Source: a virus
Lineage: Duplodnaviria; Caudoviricetes
Length of the DNA stretch: 64,000 nt
Direction: 5' to 3' (one strand)
Virus record (IMG/VR): IMGVR_UViG_3300007508_000607
Span: 8-64,007 of that record
The notes under the pieces were generated by a model, which was not told the DNA's origin, did not search any database, and saw nothing but the letters and a program-made list of their open reading frames with translations. Of the stretch, positions 20,851 through 30,183 are shown one piece after another. Positions within the stretch are counted from its first letter, which is position 1, and each line of letters begins with the position of its first letter. The position numbers and the translations under genes are program-made.

Positions 20851-21308
20851 GTGTCTTTGTCGGTTAGTAATGTTAAATAGTCGTCAGTTTCCACTAACCA
20901 CTCTTCTTTAAAGTCCGCGTATGGTATGGATTTTCTACCGTCACCATACCAGTACTTTGACACCAACGATATGGGCGTCACAAATGCACGATTATGCATT
21001 TTTTTAAAGTGTATGAGAAAGAATGCCAAACCTCCAAGCTCCTCCACTAGTTCTAAATACATGAGCTGATGTTGCTTTATATTCTTTAACGGAAAGGAAG
21101 TCTTAATTTGAGTTTCCTTTGCGTCAAACGCTACAAACCTTCCATCTGGCGGCACTAGTCCTGTGTAATCAACTGTACTAGTCTGCGCTATTAAACCTTT
21201 TCTTGTATAAAGAATAGGAACTGGCACTTTCAATATAAGGGCTTTCTTCTTCTTTCTATATTTCCAATTGGCTGCGTTAGCAGATTTTTCTAGTTCGTTA
21301 GCTTTCAT
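20832..21308 (-). CDS. recU: RecU-family Holliday junction resolvase
   Basis: STVDYTG, AFDAKET, NIKQHQ, AFFLIHF motifs. Confidence 0.9.
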   Translation of the reverse strand: MKANELEKSANAANWKYRKKKKALILKVPVPILYTRKGLIAQTSTVDYTGLVPPDGRFVAFDAKETQIKTSFPLKNIKQHQLMYLELVEELGGLAFFLIHFKKMHNRAFVTPISLVSKYWYGDGRKSIPYADFKEEWLVETDDYLTLLTDKDTWIYDL

Positions 21309-21385
21309 TTTTTATTTAATAGTTATGTCGTATCTGTAAGTTTCAGCGTGCTGTAAGAGCATATTCCAATATTTAGATGATACGT

Positions 21386-21907
21386 CTATTTTTTTAACTC
21401 ATATTTTTGTTTTGACGGTATATTTGTATTATATTTCTGATTTAAATATAAATTCGTATTAGATGATACCCCAAGTTTTTTTAGCAATTTTGGTATGTCA
21501 TGCTCCAGTTTATAATATTCTGGAATAATTTTAGATATTTTTTTGCTCCAATTCGCGACATGAAAAATTGCCTGCTCCACTGGATCTTGCACTTTTTTTA
21601 GTTCTGGCAGATGCTGTACTAAAAACGAATAATGAGGATCACTTTTTTTCATAAAAAATTTTCTAGTTACTCAGCTTTCAATCACTTTCACTGGATTTCT
21701 TACCACATGAAACTTTGGGATATCGTAATTTGCTAAAAAAGGAGCTGCTAACCAACTAACATCACAATCATAATCTTTAATATTCTTTAAGGTATCTTTG
21801 GTATGAGTAAAAACAGCTTCATGCCCACTTTTAAACCCGTTCAGCTCTAAAGTTTTGTAAGTAAAACCGGTTCCAGATCTCCCTGTTCCTGTAATTATAA
21901 ATTTCAT
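21386..21907 (-). CDS. Sulfotransferase-like P-loop protein (TGA=Trp at 21671-21673)
   Basis: TGTGRSGT, GHE, HVVRNP motifs; two fragments joined in frame through TGA (ES[W]VTRKFFM). Confidence 0.65.
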
Positions 21908-21952
21908 ACTATCTCCCCTGTAATTTAAGTTTCTAGTTAGTTTATTTTCGCT

Positions 21953-22444
21953 TTATAGCACTGAGTATCCTTTCTCTGCCTCTGGGTAAATATAGTGACT
22001 GGCTTTCTTGCTCAGTAACTCTTCTAAAGAATTACAAAGTTCCATCTCGCGTATCCTATTCGTATCATCTACTATGATAGGAACACGTACATTAAATATA
22101 TCAATATTTTTTAAAAATCCTATCCTTCCAATACTTCCAGGAGGCCCATCTATTACTATCAGATCATAATTTTTTGGCAAAGTATTTTTTAAAATAGACA
22201 CATCATACCAAGAATAATCGTTATACTCTCTTATAGGCGCATAAATATAGTTGCTATCTTTGCAAAAGTTTACCCATTCTTTATTATGTTCTATAGAGTA
22301 CACCTCATAGTTTTTAACTAATTCCTTAGTACCTGTACCGCTACCTAACTCAAGTATTGTGCTTCCTTTCGGTACTAATTGCTCTATGTGATAAAGAAGT
22401 TCTTCACTAATAGCCCATCCACCTAAATTTCTTTTATCTATCAT
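21953..22444 (-). CDS. Class I SAM-dependent methyltransferase
   Basis: ILELGSGTGT, SIEH, YDLIVIDGP, IIVDD. Confidence 0.8.
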   Translation of the reverse strand: MIDKRNLGGWAISEELLYHIEQLVPKGSTILELGSGTGTKELVKNYEVYSIEHNKEWVNFCKDSNYIYAPIREYNDYSWYDVSILKNTLPKNYDLIVIDGPPGSIGRIGFLKNIDIFNVRVPIIVDDTNRIREMELCNSLEELLSKKASHYIYPEAEKGYSVL

Positions 22445-22458
22445 TTATATCTCTGTAA

Positions 22459-23130
22459 TTAATTGTTATCTTTTTTATCAACTCTTCTGCCTCTACCAGC
22501 TCTTTGGTGCTCTGTTGTCGATGATAGCACTTTATCTACCCATAAGGCGTTTCTTTCTCCCCATCTCCCCTTCATAAGATCGTGTATGAAATGAAAATCT
22601 CCACACCCCTTATCTGGAAATAACGTACTTTCTATAAAAGATTTCTTTACTATGAACCCTATCATGGATATTTGTCCTAAAACTAACGGTTTTTTCCAGT
22701 AGCTATTGTTTGGAACTGTGCCACCAGCAGCTCGTACCTTCCAAAAAATTATATCTTTTTTATGCTCCAGTAACATACCCATTGCTGTAGACAACGAATC
22801 TTTTGATGTATAGTAATCATCATCATCTAGAAAACATACATAATCATTATTAGGAACCATCTCCATAGCCACATTTAGATATAAGTTATAATGTTTGAAA
22901 TCTTCTTTTTTTAATTTTAAAAGTTTAACATCATTATAAGAATTTACGTAAGTATCTAAAGGATCGTCTGACGTAACTAAGTGTCTTATATATGGGTATG
23001 ACTGTTCTTTTACGCTACTATAGCACGTACTAAAAAATTTCGGCCTACCAGACGTTCTTGTAATAACGTGTAGTGTTGGGAGCATTTGTGTGTACCCTAC
23101 TTTGTCAATTAATAAGTCCCAGTAAGTCAT
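22459..23130 (-). CDS. GT2-like glycosyltransferase
   Basis: ITRTSGRP, FLDDDD motif. Confidence 0.75.
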   Translation of the reverse strand: MTYWDLLIDKVGYTQMLPTLHVITRTSGRPKFFSTCYSSVKEQSYPYIRHLVTSDDPLDTYVNSYNDVKLLKLKKEDFKHYNLYLNVAMEMVPNNDYVCFLDDDDYYTSKDSLSTAMGMLLEHKKDIIFWKVRAAGGTVPNNSYWKKPLVLGQISMIGFIVKKSFIESTLFPDKGCGDFHFIHDLMKGRWGERNALWVDKVLSSTTEHQRAGRGRRVDKKDNN

Positions 23131-23131
23131 G

Positions 23132-23821
23132 TTATTTATTAAAAGGTTTTTTAAACTTTTCTTGACCTGGAAGTCCGCCTCATTTTTGAATGAAGTACCT
23201 CCTATTAGAGCTAAAATCTTTATTCAAGTTCGGGTCTTTTTTAATTGTCATTGACTTTCGATAAACCAAGGGATCCAGGCCTTTTATATTACTGTGCTCT
23301 GTATCATTTAATTTTAATCTATAAGCGTAATCATTGTCCTCAAAATAAGCGGGATAAAATTTAGTGTCAAATAACCCTATTTTATTGATGCACTCTTTAG
23401 ATATAAAGAAACATGACCAACATGCCCCCATAGTCAGCACGTTGTAATCTCCAACCTCATCTAGTACGGACTGTACTTGACTAAGACTTTTGCCCCATAT
23501 TATATCGTCGTTTAGAATAGCTAGGTGACCTCCAGTAGAAGCGAATTTATTTATAATATAATTCCAACTAGCAGACACCCCTAAATTTTTTCCAGGTTTA
23601 TGTATGTGGGTTTTATCCTTTAAATTATTAGGTATATTAAAATTTTGATTTCCATTATCTACTATTATAACTTCTTGTACATCACCCATATTTTTTGAGA
23701 TATCTTGCAAGCTCTCCTCCAATAAGTCAGCCTGATTAATAGTAGGTATACCTATTGTTAATTTCAGTTTTTCTACGCTATCGTATTTGTATTTTTTTGA
23801 CAACGAAGCCCATATACTCAT
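23132..23821 (-). CDS. GT2 glycosyltransferase (TGA=Trp at 23180-23182)
   Basis: IIVDNG, NLGVSASWN, LNDDI, FYPAYFEDND; readthrough gives K[W]GG and a TAA adjacent to the next start. Confidence 0.8.
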
Positions 23822-23831
23822 ATCAATGACC

Positions 23832-24137
23832 TTAGTTATTAAAAGCTTTTCTTGCGTCAATTATTTTTTGTATTGTATCTATAAGGCCATCGTCATTACC
23901 ACTTATAGCAACATATGAATTATATAAATTATTAACAATACTTACAGTCTCAGAAAAAGAAGAACTAGAGTCCACTACTCCTAAAGTTTCTAATAACTTC
24001 TTCTCTTTTTTTAAGATATTTTCCTCTTGTTCTTTAACAGAGGCTTCTCTACCATCAATTTCTTCTGCTTTTTCTTTCAGACCGTTTTCAATTAATTTTA
24101 ATTTATCTTCAGCTTCCTTTATCTCTTTCTCATTCAT
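23832..24137 (-). CDS. Coiled-coil hypothetical protein
   Basis: E/K-rich 101-aa ORF. Confidence 0.55.
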   Translation of the reverse strand: MNEKEIKEAEDKLKLIENGLKEKAEEIDGREASVKEQEENILKKEKKLLETLGVVDSSSSFSETVSIVNNLYNSYVAISGNDDGLIDTIQKIIDARKAFNN

Positions 24138-24163
24138 ATTAAATATCTTTTGTTTTTTAATTT

Positions 24164-24193
24164 AAAAAAGGCGGGCATAAAATACACCCGCCT
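24164..24193 (-). terminator. Intrinsic terminator after DUF669-like gene
   Basis: On - strand AGGCGGG...CCCGCCT followed by a T run. Confidence 0.75.
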
Positions 24194-24216
24194 ATAAACT
24201 GCTTTGTTACAAGATA

Positions 24217-24648
24217 CTACTCAAATAAACTTGCCCCAGTCAGCTCTTCGCCCTGAGTAACTTCTCTATATTTAGATAAAGGGTTTGTAGGGTTACCGTT
24301 TGGAGTCTTCCCCGGCTCGGTGTACGCTGATACTTTCAATCCAACAAGTCCGGCTGCTATATCGTTTGGTTCTACATCTTCCTGAGTAACTAGATCGCTA
24401 CCAGCTGCTCGTAAGAACCCAAATAAGAATCCATAAGCTTTAGGAGTCAAAACAAAATTGCTCCATAATTTCCTGTTCTTAAAGCTACCTTCTGTTACGT
24501 GAAATGTAGTTTTTATCATCTCATTACCAGTCGATGCTGTCGTTAACTCAGCGTTTTCTACTACTAAGTTATAACGTCCTTCTGGCAACGGTTCGAATCC
24601 GTCCCCACTCTTCTGAGTTTCTCCTACTTCTTTAAAATTAATACCCAT
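24217..24648 (-). CDS. DUF669-like ssDNA-binding protein
   Basis: FEPLPEGRY...STGNEMI...NRKLW motif; next to Sak4-like ATPase. Confidence 0.8.
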   Translation of the reverse strand: MGINFKEVGETQKSGDGFEPLPEGRYNLVVENAELTTASTGNEMIKTTFHVTEGSFKNRKLWSNFVLTPKAYGFLFGFLRAAGSDLVTQEDVEPNDIAAGLVGLKVSAYTEPGKTPNGNPTNPLSKYREVTQGEELTGASLFE

Positions 24649-25586
24649 TATTTATTATTGGTTTTAGTTGTTAAGTCTGACAATAGTAACTCGGCTTCAT
24701 CTTGCTTAAGATCAAGTACGCTAGTTACCATGTAATCAGCTTTTAGTTTCTTTTTTAAATCCTTTTGGTCCATGCTGCTAGCAGCTTTCTCAAGTTTCTC
24801 TAAAGTATCTGCCTTTACACCAGCCGTCTTTAGCTCTTTTCCTTTGTACTCTATGTCAACACTTCTACTCATACTTTCATTCTGCTCTAAGTTTTGTTGT
24901 TGATTGAATACTACCGCTTCCCTTTCTAAGCCTTCTATCCCAATATATTGGGTGAAAGATTTGTAATTAAATTCGAACTCATGTGGAAGTTTATTAGTCC
25001 TATCTTTTACCATTTTAGCCATGTGATTACCGTTTTCATCTGTGTATAATTCAAGCACAATATCAAAATGATAGGGCAAATCTTTAGGCCCTTCTGGAGT
25101 AGTTCCTATTACTTGCATAAATTCATCTTTGTCTGTACTATACAAAGGTTTGGATTTAGCTGTAACTATTATATTCATATCTAACGAAAGCATCTTTGTT
25201 ATTAAGATTTTAACATCAGACTTGATAAACTTGTAGTCAAGTGGCCTAATTTCATAATTAGGGTTACCTGACTTTACTCGCATTTTAGCTACTTGTTTTT
25301 CTATGATAGAGTCGTATAAATTACTAAACGAATCAATTACAAAAGTTTTAAAACCTGTAGGATCCTTTAGTAGCTCATCTACTGCTTTGTTTACTTGCTT
25401 AGGACTCACTGTTTGGATACGGTGGAAGTCGAAGTACTCCCCGTAATGCTCAGTCCCTCTTTCTGTGTCGATAACAGCCGGCTTAGGAAAGTGTAAACTT
25501 ACTACAGATTTTCCAGTTCCAGATGCACCATACACAAGCATTTTTAGCCTCTCAGCTCTAGGCTTCGCTTTTTCAAATAAGCTCAT
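24648..25586 (-). CDS. AAA_24 / Sak4-like recombination ATPase
   Basis: YGASGTGKS, IDTERG, VIDS, YHFDIVL, KDRT. Confidence 0.85.
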   Translation of the reverse strand: MSLFEKAKPRAERLKMLVYGASGTGKSVVSLHFPKPAVIDTERGTEHYGEYFDFHRIQTVSPKQVNKAVDELLKDPTGFKTFVIDSFSNLYDSIIEKQVAKMRVKSGNPNYEIRPLDYKFIKSDVKILITKMLSLDMNIIVTAKSKPLYSTDKDEFMQVIGTTPEGPKDLPYHFDIVLELYTDENGNHMAKMVKDRTNKLPHEFEFNYKSFTQYIGIEGLEREAVVFNQQQNLEQNESMSRSVDIEYKGKELKTAGVKADTLEKLEKAASSMDQKDLKKKLKADYMVTSVLDLKQDEAELLLSDLTTKTNNK

Positions 25587-25609
25587 TAGTTTTCTTGGTT
25601 ATTTTTGTT

Positions 25610-26266
25610 CTACTTTATAAAAGTATAATTTTTTGATATTAAGTACGCATTATACGTTGCTTGAACATCTCTTAAACAGTACTCTTTTATTTCTTGTATT
25701 CTTCCGTCTCTGTACGCAACGGAGACGTTTTCTGCTGTTATTTCTTCTTCTTTTGGAGACGGTATTCCTAGATGATCACAAGTTAGTCTTAGGCTTGCAC
25801 CTTTAAATCTATCATAGTCAGCCATGATAACGTGAACATCCCAATGAGGGTACTTGAAGAATTTTTTAGTATTTAAAAAGCTTTGGTTTGTAGCTTTCAA
25901 GTCATGCTTCATTGATCTTTTTATAATCCAAGGCACGTCAAAAGACAGTCCGTTGAATGATATGAACAGACCTCTAAAGCCTGACACTATTTTCCAAAAT
26001 CTAGATAAAATATCTTTCTCATCCCCCACTAATCCTATAGTATCGTATTTCCCATCTGAAGTTGTTTTCATGAGACCTATACACACTATTTCTCCAAAAT
26101 ATGGATTAGTTCCCATTATTAAAGACTTAGCTGATTCGTATTCCTCAGCGGTAGGTTCGTCGGAATTAGCAAACCTTCTCTCTAACTTTTTATCCAACTC
26201 GTATTGTTGAATATCTGTTAGTTTTGTTTGCGGTATTGTTTCTATATCGAAAGTAATAGTTTCCAT
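25610..26266 (-). CDS. DEDDy 3'-5' exonuclease (PolB-exo-like)
   Basis: FDIET, FNGLSFDVP, YCLRDV. Confidence 0.85.
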   Translation of the reverse strand: METITFDIETIPQTKLTDIQQYELDKKLERRFANSDEPTAEEYESAKSLIMGTNPYFGEIVCIGLMKTTSDGKYDTIGLVGDEKDILSRFWKIVSGFRGLFISFNGLSFDVPWIIKRSMKHDLKATNQSFLNTKKFFKYPHWDVHVIMADYDRFKGASLRLTCDHLGIPSPKEEEITAENVSVAYRDGRIQEIKEYCLRDVQATYNAYLISKNYTFIK

Positions 26267-26334
26267 TTAATTTTATGATTTTTAGTTATATTAATTTTAT
26301 TTACTTCTCTCTTTAATATAACTAATTCATTTAA

Positions 26335-27090
26335 TTAAAGCAACAACGGTTCTGATAGTGGTGCTACTAAAAACAAACTTTCAAACCTTGGAAAGGTATT
26401 TTTCATCAATTCTAATACTATGTCAGGAGTGTTAGTCCTAGAACTCAAGTGTCCAAATGCAATCCATTCTACTTTTTCTAGGTTAACATCATTTTCTATA
26501 TACTCTGATATTTGATGGTTACCTAAATGTCCGAAAGGACCTGATATTCTCATCTTAAGTAGCTCATCATATTTTTCATAATCGTCCAGCATCTGCTGGT
26601 CATAGTCAGCCTCTAGAAAGTATGCGTTACAAGACTCTAAAGCTACTCTCATTACTTTTGATATACTACCTGAGTCAGTTAAGTATCCAAACTTTTTATT
26701 TGAGGTAGTATCTGTAATTGTATATCCTAAACTAGCTTTACTGTCGTGTTTAGTAGTATATGCTTTTACTAGCATATCTCCTACTTTAATCTCATCCCCA
26801 CCTCCTATGAATTGTACATCACAATTTTTAAATATTTTTTCCTTTGCAATGAATGATTCCTCTGGTATATAAATAGGGCATCCTTGTTTCCTTCCTACAA
26901 CCCCTGCTCCTGCAACATGATCATGATGTTCATGCGTTATAAAAAGGGCTGATATTTCTAAGTCATCTTCTTCAGATGCCTCAAGTATTCTCTTGTAACT
27001 AACTCCTGCGTCTATTAGCAAAGTAGCCTCCGAAGAGGCCACTTTACAACAATTACCAGAGCTGCTACTATACAACGGGTGTATTTCCAT
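26335..27090 (-). CDS. Metallo-beta-lactamase-fold nuclease (YycJ/WalJ-like)
   Basis: SSSSGNC, IDAG, THEHHDH, HD, TDSG, GHLS. Confidence 0.85.
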   Translation of the reverse strand: MEIHPLYSSSSGNCCKVASSEATLLIDAGVSYKRILEASEEDDLEISALFITHEHHDHVAGAGVVGRKQGCPIYIPEESFIAKEKIFKNCDVQFIGGGDEIKVGDMLVKAYTTKHDSKASLGYTITDTTSNKKFGYLTDSGSISKVMRVALESCNAYFLEADYDQQMLDDYEKYDELLKMRISGPFGHLGNHQISEYIENDVNLEKVEWIAFGHLSSRTNTPDIVLELMKNTFPRFESLFLVAPLSEPLLL

Positions 27091-29825
27091 TATAAATAAC
27101 CTGGTTTTACTATTATTACTCGTACAGACCTACCGCGCATTTTTCTTGACTGTACTGTTTTATTATATATCATTCCATTCTCATAAAGCTCATGTATTAT
27201 AGCTTTCTTTGTGTGAGTTAAACTTTCATTTGAAGCTCTTAAAAATGACTGTATTTCTTTAAAAGCTAAGTTAACTACTAAGTACCCTACAGGTTCCTTA
27301 GTCTCTTTGTGCGATCCCCAGTACCCGATTATAGGTGTATGGTTATTTTCTTCGACATCCTCCATATAATTTGGTAACATCCTTACCTTGTTGCTGGACA
27401 TTAATTCCTGTAAACCTTTTAAAAATCTATCAGATGCCAACTCTTCTGCAGCTTCCGATGCTACGTCCATGATTTGTACATCAAGAATACGCATAAAAGT
27501 TTCTTGCGCTTCTATTGCCTTTTTCTTACTCCAAAGAAAGTCCGATATAAATTTAAAACTTGTTGCTAACAATGAAACATTTCTAGCTATTCTAATATCG
27601 TTTGACTGCCCGCCTACTTTCTTATAAAAATGATCCATATTATCTTGCATTACTTTATTTAATAGTACAGGTGCTACATTAAATAAATGGTGCATATATC
27701 TAGCCGTAAATCCTGGGTAGAATTTTTTCATCTCTTGGATTCTTTTACCACGAACCATGTCTTTATACTTTGTGTTACACGTAACTGGTATTAACCTTGC
27801 AAGATTTGAAGCTTCACCGGACGGTGTATCCTCACCAGTGGATGCTAGCCACCCTTTGACAACGAATGTTTTTGCTAGTTCCATATTAGCATTCATCCTT
27901 GACCTAGCTGTGTTATCTGCGTAGTTTTGCATAAGGGTTAAGGCACCATCAAAAGCTCCCGGCTTATTGAACATTCTCTTTTTAAAGTCATCAATCATAA
28001 ATAAAGAATCTTTCATAAAATACCCTATCCTCCCCAAGGAATTAGCTGTGGAACTCCAAGTCGGTACAGAGTCAAACTCACCGTAAAAGTTTTGGAATGC
28101 TTGCATTGTATATGACTTTCCTGTTCCTGATTCCCCTCTAACAAAGTAAGTAAACTTTGTTCTATCTCCTTCTAAAAACGGGAATAAGATTGGTAAGAAT
28201 GTAAAGGATAAAGCACCATAGGTGACTTCTTCATTTACAACTTTTATTAAATCCTCTTGTATATGTTTTTTTAATGCGATAAAAGTTTCATCGTCTATTT
28301 TTTGTAGATCTAAACACTCCGCAAATTCTTCCCCTTCTAAGCTAACCAACGTGTCGTCATTACTTCTTATACCGTCTTTATCTACAATAACTGACGGACT
28401 CATATACTTGTACGGATACTTATCGCTGCCCTTTAAATCATTAAATCCAAACTGCTTTAGTATGAATACAGGCTCTGCATCTGCATACTTTTGAATAGCA
28501 GTTTTAATAGATTGTATATTATCTATTAATAGTTTATTTGGCCCTAAAGCCTTATAGATGAAAGCTTTTAATTTCTCGTCATTAGAAAAGTCATCCGAAG
28601 AAATTTCGAAGTCTATATCATCCTTCTTCTTCTTTATAACCCCCTCAAATAATCTTTTGTCATACTCAGGCATGCCTGTACTAATTGTAGTATCTTTAGT
28701 TATATCCATTGTAAAACTTGAAAGTTTTTTTATTTTTGTATCTTCCTTACCTGGAAGTCTTTCGTAATATGAGTTCCCTCTCTGAAAAAGAAAATCTGAT
28801 TTATCTAAAGCATTTATATCAACTTCTTTTTCTTGGGTGGACCAGTGGTAGAAAGCTATAGGACTTTTTGCTCTTCCAATAGCCGAGCATTTTTGAGAAC
28901 AGATGCTACCATACTTTCCGTCTTGAAGCTTTTCACACGTTATAGGAAGGTAACCTTCTCCCTCTTCACGCATCTTTGTCTTCATAACTCCTATATTCTT
29001 TTTTGTCAACTCCGAATCATAGTTCTTCATTCTGCTAAAGAAGTTTTGTGTGGCGTATCTTTCAGCCTCCTTCCCCATATTAGTAAACATGTACCCAACT
29101 ATTTCGTTAAAAAAGTTAGGGGACTCTTCTTGCTCTAAACACGTATCCCACATATTTTGCAAAGCTTCGCATTTTTTTAGAGGTTCCGTATAAGGGGCTG
29201 ACTCATTAGAAAATGACATAGTATCAGCGTAGTCAATAGTACTTACTGATAAATTATCTATAAATTCACTAAAGACTTTAGACTTATGATGATACCCGTT
29301 CGGCCCTTTTACGAGATTTCCAAAAGATCCTTTATTTACTTGAGTTTGTTTAGGGAATATCTCCCACTCAATCCCGTTTGCGGTAGGGCGCATATTTGAA
29401 AATATACTTTCAAAACCACTCTTTATGATACTAGACGGAACCGGATTTTCAAAGAAAACCCATACATGGTAACCTTTATTTCCTGAAAACTCAATATAAG
29501 ATGGTATCCCCTTATTGCTAAGAAGTTTTTTTGAAATCTCTGCCTGTTCTAATAACTTATCCTTCCAGTCTTCGATATTAAAACTTTCACTACTCCACAC
29601 TGATTTAGTTAGGTCTATGTCTAAGCAAGCCCATTTAATGGTATTCTCTTCCGGCTTCACTTGGTACAATCCTATTGTCTGTCGTCCAGTCAAATGTGCT
29701 TCTATTATATCTTCATCAATAGGCTCTTTTACTGGAATATAAGAACCTTTTGTCTGCTGTATAGCATAGACATCGTCCCTGTGGACGAAAAGTTTTTTAA
29801 ATATATCTGTACTAATTTTTCCCAT
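27090..29825 (-). CDS. AEP primase-helicase fusion
   Basis: CLDID, SGNKGYHVW, EIFPKQ AEP motifs; Cys-rich PriL-like segment; Walker A GESGTGKS and IDD. Confidence 0.85.
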   Translation of the reverse strand: MGKISTDIFKKLFVHRDDVYAIQQTKGSYIPVKEPIDEDIIEAHLTGRQTIGLYQVKPEENTIKWACLDIDLTKSVWSSESFNIEDWKDKLLEQAEISKKLLSNKGIPSYIEFSGNKGYHVWVFFENPVPSSIIKSGFESIFSNMRPTANGIEWEIFPKQTQVNKGSFGNLVKGPNGYHHKSKVFSEFIDNLSVSTIDYADTMSFSNESAPYTEPLKKCEALQNMWDTCLEQEESPNFFNEIVGYMFTNMGKEAERYATQNFFSRMKNYDSELTKKNIGVMKTKMREEGEGYLPITCEKLQDGKYGSICSQKCSAIGRAKSPIAFYHWSTQEKEVDINALDKSDFLFQRGNSYYERLPGKEDTKIKKLSSFTMDITKDTTISTGMPEYDKRLFEGVIKKKKDDIDFEISSDDFSNDEKLKAFIYKALGPNKLLIDNIQSIKTAIQKYADAEPVFILKQFGFNDLKGSDKYPYKYMSPSVIVDKDGIRSNDDTLVSLEGEEFAECLDLQKIDDETFIALKKHIQEDLIKVVNEEVTYGALSFTFLPILFPFLEGDRTKFTYFVRGESGTGKSYTMQAFQNFYGEFDSVPTWSSTANSLGRIGYFMKDSLFMIDDFKKRMFNKPGAFDGALTLMQNYADNTARSRMNANMELAKTFVVKGWLASTGEDTPSGEASNLARLIPVTCNTKYKDMVRGKRIQEMKKFYPGFTARYMHHLFNVAPVLLNKVMQDNMDHFYKKVGGQSNDIRIARNVSLLATSFKFISDFLWSKKKAIEAQETFMRILDVQIMDVASEAAEELASDRFLKGLQELMSSNKVRMLPNYMEDVEENNHTPIIGYWGSHKETKEPVGYLVVNLAFKEIQSFLRASNESLTHTKKAIIHELYENGMIYNKTVQSRKMRGRSVRVIIVKPGYL

Positions 29826-30180
29826 GTATTCTCACTTCGTCCCAAAAGACTTGGTTGTTTTCGATTAATTGTTTTATATGTTTTTGCTTTTTTGATAACC
29901 TAGACTTACCAGATTTTACCTCAATAAAAGTAATCTGATTATCTCCATAATGTATATAGTCTATTGGCTGCCCTAAGAATTTTACTTGCTTTGGGTCATA
30001 AGGAAAGTTATCTAAGAAGGGGGCTAGCTGTTCTGCTATATGGCCCGTAACTACTTCACTGCTTTTCTTCTGTGATAAAATCTTAGAGTATTTAGCCTTT
30101 AGACTTCTTACAGTCTTTATAGTATAGTATGTATTTAAACTTAGAGCTATAATTGAAATTATTAAAAAAGCAATTAACAT
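29812..30180 (-). CDS. Membrane-anchored PD-(D/E)xK Holliday-resolvase-like endonuclease
   Basis: N-terminal TM helix; EQLAPF, FLGQPIDYI, FIEVKSG. Confidence 0.8.
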   Translation of the reverse strand: MLIAFLIISIIALSLNTYYTIKTVRSLKAKYSKILSQKKSSEVVTGHIAEQLAPFLDNFPYDPKQVKFLGQPIDYIHYGDNQITFIEVKSGKSRLSKKQKHIKQLIENNQVFWDEVRIHGKN

Positions 30181-30183
30181 TTT

